NCBI GenBank assembly: GCA_963664115.2 | Contig: CAXWPJ010000012.1 | Location: 352,001-416,000, forward strand | DNA length: 64,000 nt | Origin: Terriglobia bacterium | GTDB taxonomy: Bacteria > Acidobacteriota > Terriglobia > 20CM-2-55-15 | Direction of reading: 5' to 3' | Shown here: piece by piece, positions 48,769 through 58,225 of the stretch | Numbering within the stretch: the stretch's first letter is position 1 | Layout of the letters: each line of letters opens with the position of its first letter | Position numbers and translations under genes: made by a program | Notes under the pieces: model-generated | Told to the model about the DNA's origin: nothing | The model's input: the letters and a program-made list of their open reading frames with translations, nothing else | Database searches by the model: none

Positions 48769-48956
48769 GTAGAAGTCGATCACCTGAAGGCCGCCGACTG
48801 CCACTGTTACCGTAGGGCATGGGTGCGGTGCTCCCGAAAGGGGAAGCCTTGGCAGAGGTGGCGGCAAGACAATAAAGCACGCCGACTGGGGGTCCACACG
48901 GGTGAACTTCCACACGATTCGAATCCCTGTTCCGGCGTCGCTCAGGAGGGATCTAC

Positions 48957-49340
48957 ATGTTCCGAATCTTACAGCTTCTTCTGGTTTTCGGTTTTTGCTT
49001 CACAGCCTTTGCTGTGGCGCACCACTCTACGGCGGCGGTGTACTTCATGGACGACGAGCCCATCACACTGAAGGGAACCGTGACAAAAGTGGAGTGGCAG
49101 AATCCACATATATGGGCCTACATTGATGTGACCGATGAGACCGGGAACGTCACGAACTGGGAAGTGGAAATTCAAACCAATCCGGCCAGAATGTACAGGG
49201 CAGGCTGGTCCAAGGATTCATTAAAGGTTGGCGATGCCGTGACCGTGGAAGGTCTTCTCCCGAGAAACGCCGCCTTGAACCGAGTATTGAACCGGTCCCT
49301 GATTTTGCCGGATGGCAGAGAGTTGGGCAGCCGGCAGTAG
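48957..49340 (+). CDS. DUF6152 family protein (paralog 3)
   Basis: ..FAVA|HHSTA, WQNPH, WEVE, LKVGD. Confidence 0.88.
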   Translation: MFRILQLLLVFGFCFTAFAVAHHSTAAVYFMDDEPITLKGTVTKVEWQNPHIWAYIDVTDETGNVTNWEVEIQTNPARMYRAGWSKDSLKVGDAVTVEGLLPRNAALNRVLNRSLILPDGRELGSRQ

Positions 49341-49428
49341 CCGAAACCTGACCCACACGGTAAGAACCTGATGAGGCTGCGGTCTATCCGCAGTGATTCG
49401 AGGGGAAGAATCCCCAGGAGGTATCGGC

Positions 49429-50205
49429 ATGAGAATTTGCATTCAGCTTTCAGAAAGACCGCTCATCCTGCAGCTGTGTCTTGTGATTCTGGTCGGCACG
49501 GTGATGCTTGCCCCCGTCCCTGCTGCTGCGCAAGATTGGAATCCCGAGGATCTAGGAGGGATCTGGCGGACTTCCATACGGGACATCACACTGGGGATGC
49601 TGCCCGGCGAGGAGATCTCCTTTACTCCCTACGGCGCACAACAGCATAAGGCCTTCGATTTGCAGGTATATTCCAGGAGGGGATGCGAGATTAAGGGCGC
49701 TACGCGACAGCTGCTTTCGAACAGCCTCTCGATGTTCGTTCAGGCCCCCAGCCTTCAGATGATGGTGATATTACACGAGGACCACAACCGTTTTCGGGCA
49801 GTTTACATGGACGGCCGTGATCATCCCGAAGAAGTTTATGACATCCCGGAGCCCTTCGGACATTCGATTGGGCACTGGGAGGACGACACGCTCGTCGTGG
49901 ATTCGATTGGCTTCCGTGACACGACCTATTTGGACACGAACGGTCTCGGTCACAGTGCGCAACTGCATCTCACCGAAAGGTACCGGAGGACTGGGCCGGA
50001 CACGATCGAGTGGACCACCACGGTTGAGGATTCGCTCTTTTACACGCATCCCTTTACTTTTCGAAGCATCTTCACCCGCCAAACCGGTTTGCGGTTGATG
50101 ATGTATGACTGCGAAAACGAAAGAGATATCGAGCACCTGGAGTCCATAATTCGAGGTGATAACGAGATTCACCGGAATCCTGAAGTTTTTGTATTCCCCG
50201 AGTGA
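49429..50205 (+). CDS. Secreted hypothetical protein, DUF6152 partner type
   Basis: Signal peptide; GCEIKG, GHSIGHWEDDTLVVDSIGF, LHLTERYRR, YDCE. Confidence 0.8.
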   Translation: MRICIQLSERPLILQLCLVILVGTVMLAPVPAAAQDWNPEDLGGIWRTSIRDITLGMLPGEEISFTPYGAQQHKAFDLQVYSRRGCEIKGATRQLLSNSLSMFVQAPSLQMMVILHEDHNRFRAVYMDGRDHPEEVYDIPEPFGHSIGHWEDDTLVVDSIGFRDTTYLDTNGLGHSAQLHLTERYRRTGPDTIEWTTTVEDSLFYTHPFTFRSIFTRQTGLRLMMYDCENERDIEHLESIIRGDNEIHRNPEVFVFPE

Positions 50206-50234
50206 GTTCTGGCCTCGAAGACGTTCACTGCCTT

Positions 50235-50272
50235 GAAAGCCATCGTCGGGCCAACTCGGCGATGGCGCTTTC
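50235..50272 (+). terminator. Hairpin/terminator after the 48957-50205 operon
   Basis: gaaagccatcgtcgg..cggcgatggcgctttc. Confidence 0.5.
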
Positions 50273-50634
50273 GTCAACTTTCTAATCGTTTGTAGCCTCG
50301 AGCTTGATATACGCAGAGCCCGGCTGATGCTACCTCGGACGGCGTCCACAAATCGACGGAACAGCGCTTACCAATGCTCTGAGTGATTGGGACGCCGTAG
50401 TTTAAGCTCCTGCGCATCGAAAAAGCTACGGCACCGGCAACCGCGTTCTTTCAGTTCGTCAAACTCGTTCTTCAGAACGACGTCCCATCAGTCTGGTATT
50501 TGACAAGATACGCGTCGGGCTGGTCGGCCCGATAACGAAAAACCGACAGTTCTTCTCAGTTCATTACGGAAACTTCTGTGCGCGGGTATTATTTTCTGGC
50601 ACTATTGCGCGAGGTGAGAACCTTGGGAGGACAC

Positions 50635-51255
50635 GTGGCTTGGCTTAACAGACTCATTCCCGTAACAATCATTCTGTGTATTTCGCAGCCTGCTTTCGCG
50701 CAAAGCTGGATGACGCACGTCAGTCTGGAGGATCGCTTCAGCGTCAATCTTCCTGGTGAGCCTGAAGTAGAGGACCTCACCTACCCCTCGGAATATGGGG
50801 CCATATTCCCAGGACGGGTCTATATCTACGAGGATGGCTCAAACCGATATTCCGTCACCGTGATCGATTACACGGACGCGGAAAGAATACACGAGGAACG
50901 AACCAACAAAACCGAAGCCGACAGCCTGCCGATCTACTGGCAGATTGATGTGCGAGCATCTATCGCCTATGCAGCGTGGGGGTTCCGTCAAAGGGACGCC
51001 AAAGTCACCTATGATGCCTGGCACTACATAAACCTCATTGAAGGGCACCAGCTACAGCTTACGAATGCAGATCAATCCCGTACTTTCGCGGCGATTTATC
51101 TGCACGAAAGCCGTCTCTACATCCTGGAGGCCACCGTACCGCAGGGTGCGGCGCCGCCGGGACTGTTTCAGCAATCCCTAACTATCCTCGATGAAGAGGG
51201 CAACAGGGTGCGCTACGATTCGATCTACTCCAACCAGTTACCAACCGGACCCTGA
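50635..51255 (+). CDS. Secreted hypothetical protein co-transcribed with DUF6152
   Basis: GGAGG RBS, signal peptide ..PAFA|QSW; FSVNLPGEP, EGHQLQLTN, RLYILEATVP. Confidence 0.75.
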   Translation: MAWLNRLIPVTIILCISQPAFAQSWMTHVSLEDRFSVNLPGEPEVEDLTYPSEYGAIFPGRVYIYEDGSNRYSVTVIDYTDAERIHEERTNKTEADSLPIYWQIDVRASIAYAAWGFRQRDAKVTYDAWHYINLIEGHQLQLTNADQSRTFAAIYLHESRLYILEATVPQGAAPPGLFQQSLTILDEEGNRVRYDSIYSNQLPTGP

Positions 51256-51273
51256 TGACGAGGAGGAAACGAT

Positions 51274-51645
51274 ATGCAGTACAAATCGTTAGGTCTTGCT
51301 GCCCTGTGTGTGGTTTTCCTGGCCGTACCGGCTCGGGCACACCATTCACACGGCAACTACCAGATGACGGAGTACACGATCTTAAACGGAATAGTGAAGG
51401 AAATTCACTGGATCACGCCGCATAGTTGGATCTACCTCGAAGTCATCGACGACGATGGTGAGCCCACAACGTGGGCGCTTGAAGGCGCCGGCGTGACTCA
51501 GCTCAGAAGGCTCGGATGGACAGAAGACAGCGTCAAAGTGGACGATCCCATCTCCGTGCGCTGCCACCAGCTCAGAGACGGCTCCAATGGCTGTCTTCTG
51601 GGATTTGTGACGCCGGAAGGCGGCGTCGAGAAAATGTTCGACTAG
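51274..51645 (+). CDS. DUF6152 family protein (paralog 4)
   Basis: ..PARA|HHSHGNY, WITPH, WALE, plus a Cys pair (RCH..GCL). Confidence 0.87.
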   Translation: MQYKSLGLAALCVVFLAVPARAHHSHGNYQMTEYTILNGIVKEIHWITPHSWIYLEVIDDDGEPTTWALEGAGVTQLRRLGWTEDSVKVDDPISVRCHQLRDGSNGCLLGFVTPEGGVEKMFD

Positions 51646-51773
51646 AATGATCGGCTAGGATGACCGGGGCGCCCTGCCTGACTCCTTTGCCTTCACATCT
51701 TCAAACGAATTCCGGACGATGTGTATCTGGGATGGTGGCAGTATCGCCCTCGGTTACAGTCGCTTCCGCTTGA

Positions 51774-52793
51774 CTATTTCTTGACGTATTTCCGCAAGGC
51801 CATCCCGCCAGTGAGTGACGCATAGATGTTGCCATCGGCGTCCACGACGACGCCTTCCTGAGATCCGTCGGGATCGGGGTCGTCTATGAACGTGATAACC
51901 TCACCGTTTTCCACGCTGCCAATCCGAATACCTTCCTTCCACGGTGTGTTCCTCTCGTCGTCTGAACTTGAATCGGCAACGTAGAGGATATCGTTGCTGT
52001 CGATGTAAATGCCGCTCGGCCGTCCGAACTGTGGCCACTCGTCCAGAAAAGTCCCGTTCTGATCAAAAATCTGCACGCGCTCGTTTCCACGGTCGCCGAC
52101 GAAAAGCCGACCCCGGGAGTCCATGGCGAGCGTGTGCGGCGTCTCAAACTCTCCGGGTGCTGTTCCCTTAGTTCCCCAGGTCTTGATAAACTGGCCGTTC
52201 TTCGAGAACTTCACGATCCGGGCCGATTCCCCGCCGTGGCCATCCCCAACGAAGATGTCGCCGTTGGGCGCGACGAAGACCGCGGACGGCTGATTGAACT
52301 CATCCGGACCATTCCCTGCTACTCCAGCCTTGCCGAGCGTCATCAGAAGCTGGCCATCCGGACTGAACTTGAACACCTGGTGGCCCTTGCCGTTTCGCCT
52401 CGGGTCGATGCCGTCCGGTCCTTCATGGTCGGTCACCCACACGTTGCCTTCGGCGTCGATGTGGATGCCGTGAGGACGCACGAACATGTCCGCGCCAAAA
52501 CTCTTCATCAGGGTTCCGGAAGGATCAAACTTCAAGATAGGTGGCAGGTCAGAGCCGACGCAGTCATTCTGGCCACAACGCTCGAACAGCCAGATGCTGC
52601 GACCGTCCCCATCGAGAGCCATCGCAACCGTGGAGCCAATCGTCCGCCCCTCGCCTAGCTTGAAGAAACTCTGATTCATAGAATAGGGATCGGGCCGGGC
52701 ATTGATCTCTTCGTTGATTTGCCCGGAAGCCCCTTGGCCGGACGCGACAAACGCGCCCACCAAGACCCAGCTCACGAACTTCCCCTGCCACAT
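51774..52793 (-). CDS. NHL-repeat PAL-like protein, secreted
   Basis: RPHGIHID, FNQPS, VGDGHG, TPHTLAMD, GDRGNERVQ. Confidence 0.85.
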   Translation of the reverse strand: MWQGKFVSWVLVGAFVASGQGASGQINEEINARPDPYSMNQSFFKLGEGRTIGSTVAMALDGDGRSIWLFERCGQNDCVGSDLPPILKFDPSGTLMKSFGADMFVRPHGIHIDAEGNVWVTDHEGPDGIDPRRNGKGHQVFKFSPDGQLLMTLGKAGVAGNGPDEFNQPSAVFVAPNGDIFVGDGHGGESARIVKFSKNGQFIKTWGTKGTAPGEFETPHTLAMDSRGRLFVGDRGNERVQIFDQNGTFLDEWPQFGRPSGIYIDSNDILYVADSSSDDERNTPWKEGIRIGSVENGEVITFIDDPDPDGSQEGVVVDADGNIYASLTGGMALRKYVKK

Positions 52794-53109
52794 AGCAACC
52801 CCCTTCTGATTACTGCCTTTTGAAATGAGGCGGAAAAACTGGTTGAAGGATATTCGACGAGGGATTCAGAAGCAATCAAACTCTCGATGCCTGAGCACAC
52901 AAAGCGGCGTAAAGAACACACAAGTCAGCCGGAGGCCACTTGTTTTTGAGACGCACGGATTTCATGTTAGTCTCGCCATCAGCAATCACCAGGACGCAGG
53001 CCCCACTGCCCTGGACGACCTACTCCCGGGTAAAGAGGCGGCACGAAGCCTCCGGGCAATGACCGAGATCCGAGCTTAAAAATATGATTCGGGCAATGAA
53101 GGAGGCTAA

Positions 53110-53568
53110 ATGACCATTTCAATGAATCGCTTTGTCGTGTGCATAGCGGCCGTGGGAGTTTTGTTGCTGGCCGGTTTGAACGCGGCGACATTCGCGCATC
53201 ACGGAGGGTTTGTCAATTGGCAGCAGGAAAGTTTGATCGGCCCGGTCACCTTTGTAGCCACGAGTTTTGCGTTTCGTTTTCCGCATCCCCAGATATCCGG
53301 TGAGATCAGGGACGAGACCGGACAGGTCAGGCCATGGGTCATTGCACTGCGTCAGACGCCCACCGGTTTACGGGCTCAAGGCTGGAATCGGACTTCTATC
53401 AAGTCTGGAGACACCCTCGATTTGACCTATAGCCCGCATGTATCCGCAGAGAACGTCGGTATAGCCCGCCGCGTGGTCGTCAACGGAGAATTTCTCCCCA
53501 TCGAACCGGGTGATGAGGAATGCCGCACGACGACGACGCCCTACCGCCGCTGCGGAGACGTGCAATGA
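53110..53568 (+). CDS. DUF6152 family protein (paralog 5, divergent)
   Basis: ..ATFA|HHGGF, FRFPH, GWNRTSIKSGD. Confidence 0.75.
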   Translation: MTISMNRFVVCIAAVGVLLLAGLNAATFAHHGGFVNWQQESLIGPVTFVATSFAFRFPHPQISGEIRDETGQVRPWVIALRQTPTGLRAQGWNRTSIKSGDTLDLTYSPHVSAENVGIARRVVVNGEFLPIEPGDEECRTTTTPYRRCGDVQ

Positions 53569-53651
53569 AGTCGCCATCCTGTCAGTGGCCAAAAGCGTCT
53601 CACGGTTGAAGTCACGCCGACAATATGTGACTGGCTAACGAGGAGTTTCCA

Positions 53652-54470
53652 ATGCACAGAGTCTATTGCATGGTCTGGGTTGTAGCGATGGCAGCCGGTA
53701 TGCTTTCTTCAGTAGCTCAAGCGGTGCAGGAGGCCGGTGACCCACGTCCGGGAAATGCGGCCGCCTTCGACCCCCACGATTTTTCTGGACACTGGCACCG
53801 CGAGACGCCCCTCGTCACCTTCGGTGTTGTCCCGACTGTCGCGAACACCACGATCGCGGAAGCTCCGTTTACAGCGGAGGGTAAGGCCCGCTTCGACAGC
53901 AATAAGCCGGGCTACGGCCCCAGAAGAAAACTCGAGAGGAACGATCCCTTGGGACGCTGCGAGCCCATGGGCTTGGTTCGGAATCTTGTCGCTGAAATTA
54001 CTGAGCCCCATCCGACGTGGCAAATTGTTCAGACCGCCGACAGGATCATCCAGTTTTTCGAGTATCGACACGACTGGCGCGAAATATGGATGGATGGGCG
54101 GAGTCTTCCCACCGCGGACGAAGTTTATCCAAAATGGAACGGTTATTCTGTAGGGCGTTTCGAAGGAGAGACGCTTGTTGTGGAGTCGATCGGTTTAGAC
54201 GAGAGAAGCTGGATCGACAAATTCGGCTATCCTCAATCCGAACAGATGCACGTCGAGGAACGCTATCGGCGTGTGGACATCAATACTCTGGAGCTCAGGA
54301 TGACGATCACGGATCCGCTGATATATGCCGGTCCTTGGGAGAGCGACATAAAGGTATTCAGCCTGGACCGTGAGAAAGCCAGTCGATGGGACGAGCAGAT
54401 CTATTGCGTACCCGCCGAGGAATTCTCGTATCAGGAATTAATCGAGTCCGGTAACGTGGTCCCACGGTGA
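53652..54470 (+). CDS. Secreted hypothetical protein, DUF6152 partner type (paralog of 49429)
   Basis: RCEPMG, GYSVGRFEGETLVVESIGL, MHVEERYRR, IYCVP. Confidence 0.8.
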   Translation: MHRVYCMVWVVAMAAGMLSSVAQAVQEAGDPRPGNAAAFDPHDFSGHWHRETPLVTFGVVPTVANTTIAEAPFTAEGKARFDSNKPGYGPRRKLERNDPLGRCEPMGLVRNLVAEITEPHPTWQIVQTADRIIQFFEYRHDWREIWMDGRSLPTADEVYPKWNGYSVGRFEGETLVVESIGLDERSWIDKFGYPQSEQMHVEERYRRVDINTLELRMTITDPLIYAGPWESDIKVFSLDREKASRWDEQIYCVPAEEFSYQELIESGNVVPR

Positions 54471-54557
54471 AAGACGGTATAGCAGCCGGGCACACGAACT
54501 GAGTGAGCACACAAACATTCGACTGAATCACTGCCCTGCTCGGACTGTCCCCGCAGA

Positions 54558-56735
54558 CTAGCGGGCCGGTCTCAGGTATTTGACTTCCCCATCACCGCTA
54601 TAGAAAGCCCAGGTCCCAGCGAGCGGAACCTGGCCAACGCCCGGTTGTGTCCAGTCGCAAACGCCCTCTGGAAAACTTTCTCGAAGGCCGGTGAGTTCAG
54701 CGGCAGCCAATGACCGCGTGTAGTCGCTCCGATCGACGGGCTTGAGCGTGCACTTCAAGACATCGTTGGCCGCTGGGGCTCCCGCCACCATGCGGGCGTC
54801 CGTGCCGATTGGGAACAGTTCCCCGCAACGATCCATGTCGGTGATCTTCGTTGTCGCCGAGGTGTAGCATGCATCGACAAAGCCGGCCGGCCGATGGGCC
54901 CCGACCTTCTGTGCCTGCCCCAGCTCCGAGCTATCCGCCAGTACGCGGGTGACCCACTGGTCCAGAACGGCAACGGCTTCCGGCGAAACGATCCCCAGGA
55001 TCGACTCGGGTCCACGGTGCCCAACCTCGTGCATGACGAACCTGACGTGGTTGTCGATATTTCCATTGGATTTCATCAGCCGGGCACGAGTGACCAGCGA
55101 ATGGTAGCCGTCATGCACGTCGACGTCACGGGCTTCGCCCGGCGGGCATGGCGCGGCTGTGCAGATGCCATCCGTGTATCCGCGGACGTCGAGGATTGGG
55201 ATAGTCCTCAAGCCACCGTCACCGGTATTGAGACGCCCGGTCTCGTAAGCGACCCGCACCGCGTCCGGATTGGCGTGAGCCCGCTCGCCGGACACAATCA
55301 CACCGTTGATGTCATGACCGCCAATGCGTGCGTTCAGATCTGCAAATTGGTCGAAGGTGATGATGCCGTCGTTGAATGCCTTCAAGCCATACTGGACACC
55401 GACGTTATCCCAGGGGCTGCGAGCGAAGCCCGTCGCCGGATCGATGCCATATACATTGACTAGATTGTCCTGGTATGTGCAACGTACGTCCGCCCATAGC
55501 TGGGGGTTGGAAGACATTTGCTCGACCACCGAAGCGTCGCAGTTGTCCGGCGACAGGTTGGGGAACCGCGTCGCAGGTTGGGTGCAGTAGCCGAAGGTAA
55601 TCTTACCGGACACCTCGCGCATCTGGATGTCAGTCAACGGCATTTCGGTGTTGTCAAAATAGCGGACCAAAAGGTTGCAGTCGTTGATCGGCGTGTTGAA
55701 ACTCAGCACGTCCGGATAGCTCCGCCACGGCATGATCCCATCGTAAAGGCCCGGGTAGTCCTGGGCGATGAGGTGCTGCGACATCGAACCACCCGAGGTG
55801 CCCATGCTGAGTGTCAATTCCGGCGGACCGAACAGTTCAATGAACCGCTCCTTGATCTTCGCCGCAGTCTCGGCCTGGACAACGTGGTTGGTGTTGGCGC
55901 CCGTCACCATCAACGACCCGCCGGCGAGGGCGTAGCCGGCGCGAATCAATGACTCGTGCAGGTTGTTGTTCTCCCCTCCCACGTAGCCCTTGCTCGCGTC
56001 GAGCGTGCCGATCGAGGTTCCCATGTGATAGGAGGCCCTCACGCCACCGCGGTGGGACATGATCAGCTTGCCGTTCCAACCAGTCCCGTTACTGACCACC
56101 GTTGGCAGCGGTCCCGCCGCCGGGTCGTGTAACAAACTGATCACGTATGCTGACCGGTTGATGATGCCCTTCTCGTACCAATTGATGAGAGGCACCGTCT
56201 GACCAGTCATCGTGGTCGTCATATCAATATCGTTGGGTCGCGGGCGCGCAGGTTCAAAATCCTTCCACGCGCCACCGGTGCTCCGATAAAAATAGCCGGT
56301 GACCGAGGGCGCCGCGCAGCTTTCATCGGTGGCGGGAGCCAGCCCGTGGGCTTCGTTCTCGCAGACGAATGGTGTTTGCTGCGGCCCCGCGAACAAGGTG
56401 CCGTTGATCGGGTGGTTGGTCAGCGTGAGCGTTGCTTCGATGCCGCCAGCGGACACGGCCAGCGCGTTGTCGCCGTCGCTGAGCCCGTCGACCATTCCGA
56501 TCCATCCGCCGCTTCCATCGGCGACCCAGGCTACCTGGACATCCATACCAGCGACGCTTGCCGTGGGAGCGCCATTCGCCCCGGTGACCCTCACCAGCGC
56601 GTCGCCGCCGGTCACCAGTTCCGGAAACGACGACAAGACCTCAACCTTCAAGTCCTGGCTCCAGGCCGGAACGCCCGCAAGTACCTGGAAAAGGAAAACG
56701 CACGACGCCGCGAAGCGCACAACTTTCCGTGTCAT
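54558..56735 (-). CDS. DUF6351-like secreted alpha/beta-hydrolase (tannase-like)
   Basis: GPQQTPFVC, WNGKL, GTSGGS nucleophile elbow, YPGLYDG, DNVGVQYGL, FPEGVCDW. Confidence 0.78.
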   Translation of the reverse strand: MTRKVVRFAASCVFLFQVLAGVPAWSQDLKVEVLSSFPELVTGGDALVRVTGANGAPTASVAGMDVQVAWVADGSGGWIGMVDGLSDGDNALAVSAGGIEATLTLTNHPINGTLFAGPQQTPFVCENEAHGLAPATDESCAAPSVTGYFYRSTGGAWKDFEPARPRPNDIDMTTTMTGQTVPLINWYEKGIINRSAYVISLLHDPAAGPLPTVVSNGTGWNGKLIMSHRGGVRASYHMGTSIGTLDASKGYVGGENNNLHESLIRAGYALAGGSLMVTGANTNHVVQAETAAKIKERFIELFGPPELTLSMGTSGGSMSQHLIAQDYPGLYDGIMPWRSYPDVLSFNTPINDCNLLVRYFDNTEMPLTDIQMREVSGKITFGYCTQPATRFPNLSPDNCDASVVEQMSSNPQLWADVRCTYQDNLVNVYGIDPATGFARSPWDNVGVQYGLKAFNDGIITFDQFADLNARIGGHDINGVIVSGERAHANPDAVRVAYETGRLNTGDGGLRTIPILDVRGYTDGICTAAPCPPGEARDVDVHDGYHSLVTRARLMKSNGNIDNHVRFVMHEVGHRGPESILGIVSPEAVAVLDQWVTRVLADSSELGQAQKVGAHRPAGFVDACYTSATTKITDMDRCGELFPIGTDARMVAGAPAANDVLKCTLKPVDRSDYTRSLAAAELTGLRESFPEGVCDWTQPGVGQVPLAGTWAFYSGDGEVKYLRPAR

Positions 56736-56835
56736 CGTATCCCCCTGTCGCATTGTCCGTGCGACGTCCGCCGCACCCGACACTTTATGATCGGTCAGTT
56801 ATACCACTGGCGAAGGCCACGCTACTCGCACCGTC

Positions 56836-57525
56836 TCAATCGGCGGCGAAGCAATAAAATCGTCCAGCGCCGCCCGTGTCGTTGAACGCCTCCAGGCTGC
56901 AACCCGCAGTCGAGTGCGAAGAATTCCAGGAAGTATTCCAGCCACTCATGCGGTCATGGTGGCCGATCATCCCATGGGCATCGGCGCTATCGGAGGTCCA
57001 GTTGTTGCAAGTGCGGTCGTCGGCCTGATTGGACATGCCACCCGGAAAGGCCCGGCCATGGGAATCCGATCCCGTAAGCATGTCGTGTTCTTGCGGGGTG
57101 CCTGCGGCACGACCGAAGCCGTTTACAAGGTCGCCCCCTTCGGTCAACGCAGTTCGCACATTGATGAGGTTGGTGTCACGCTGGACATCGCCGTGAAGAT
57201 CTGCGAGGCTGCCCGCCACCATGGTCCCGTTGGCATTGAACCAAGGTCCGTTGCCGATACGATCCCGTGCGTTGACGGCCGGAGTGGATTGGGTGCCCTG
57301 GGTGCTGAGATAAGCGCGCCAGGTTCGATTGCCCGCGCCGACGGCAGCCGCCAGACTCTGGCACTCGGCGTCGGCACCAGTCAGGCCTCCGAGGTTGCCA
57401 CTGTGCGTGGTGCTCGTGACAAAGAAACCCATCGGTGGCTGCGATTCCTGGCCTTGGGCTAAATTAGCGGCCGCGCTCAATGCGATGGCCACCACTGCGG
57501 CAAGAACGATGTGTCTATGGGTCAT
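56836..57525 (-). CDS. Secreted lectin-like (endostatin/C-type lectin fold) protein
   Basis: GNLGGLTGADAECQ, WRAYLS, ARDRIG.GPW, CNNWTS, FYCFA. Confidence 0.8.
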   Translation of the reverse strand: MTHRHIVLAAVVAIALSAAANLAQGQESQPPMGFFVTSTTHSGNLGGLTGADAECQSLAAAVGAGNRTWRAYLSTQGTQSTPAVNARDRIGNGPWFNANGTMVAGSLADLHGDVQRDTNLINVRTALTEGGDLVNGFGRAAGTPQEHDMLTGSDSHGRAFPGGMSNQADDRTCNNWTSDSADAHGMIGHHDRMSGWNTSWNSSHSTAGCSLEAFNDTGGAGRFYCFAAD

Positions 57526-57773
57526 GACGTATCTCCCCTGTTCTTTGGTTATATACTCACCAACGGCCCGTGCGGGCCACAGCGGCCCTCTCCGGGCGGT
57601 CGGGCCTAGATGTTAGTTTAAAGGCCGCAAATGCGCCAGCTGTGGATGGGCCGGTCCTGTTCAAAGCGATCATTCACACAGCACAGCTCAAAAGGGGCCA
57701 CGCCGGTTCCACGCCACCATCGACCGTAAGGGTTTCTGCGTGAAAGCATACGACCCTCGAAAAACAGATAGGA

Positions 57774-58028
57774 TTAAGAATCGGAAGACTTCAGGCGACT
57801 GATTGCGCCTTCGGCGAGATCGCGGATCCGGTCCACGGGTATTACGTCCTCACCGAATGTTTCCTCAGCGACAGGAAGCCACTCCCTGATCCTGGGATGC
57901 ACGGCGGCAGCCTCATCAATGATCGCGCTGAAGGTCCGCCACTCGTTCATCCAGTCGGCGTTCGGGTCTTCGGCGAGCTTGTCTCGAATAGCCTCCAACC
58001 TTCGAATCCAGTCCGTTTCCCGGCTCAT
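57774..58028 (-). CDS. Small hypothetical protein
   Basis: GAGGTG RBS before ATG 58028; amphipathic helical composition. Confidence 0.5.
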   Translation of the reverse strand: MSRETDWIRRLEAIRDKLAEDPNADWMNEWRTFSAIIDEAAAVHPRIREWLPVAEETFGEDVIPVDRIRDLAEGAISRLKSSDS

Positions 58029-58225
58029 CGGATACACCTCAAGTGGCAACCTGCCGCTCGGTCGGCTAAGCCACGCGCGGCAGAAGATTCCTCCGTCGAG
58101 GTGTACATCCTCGTTCCGTCTGAATGTCATGTCAATAAGATTCACCGCATGGCAGTTCTGAATTGCCCGAACATCTTTTCTCGACTAGCATCTAGGTGCT
58201 AAACGCTCATACGAAACGACGGACC

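Noticed and set aside
48795-48860. Cobalamin riboswitch (GCCACTG..GGGAAG)
   Set aside because: No B12 box or upstream conserved core; kept only as an unclassified structured leader.
48875-48940. tRNA (TTCGAATCCC T-loop-like)
   Set aside because: No cloverleaf; T-stem, D-arm and CCA cannot be built.
50255-50340. Fluoride riboswitch (GGCGATGG..GCTGATG)
   Set aside because: Pseudoknot complement and spacing do not fit; better explained as the 3' arm of a terminator hairpin.
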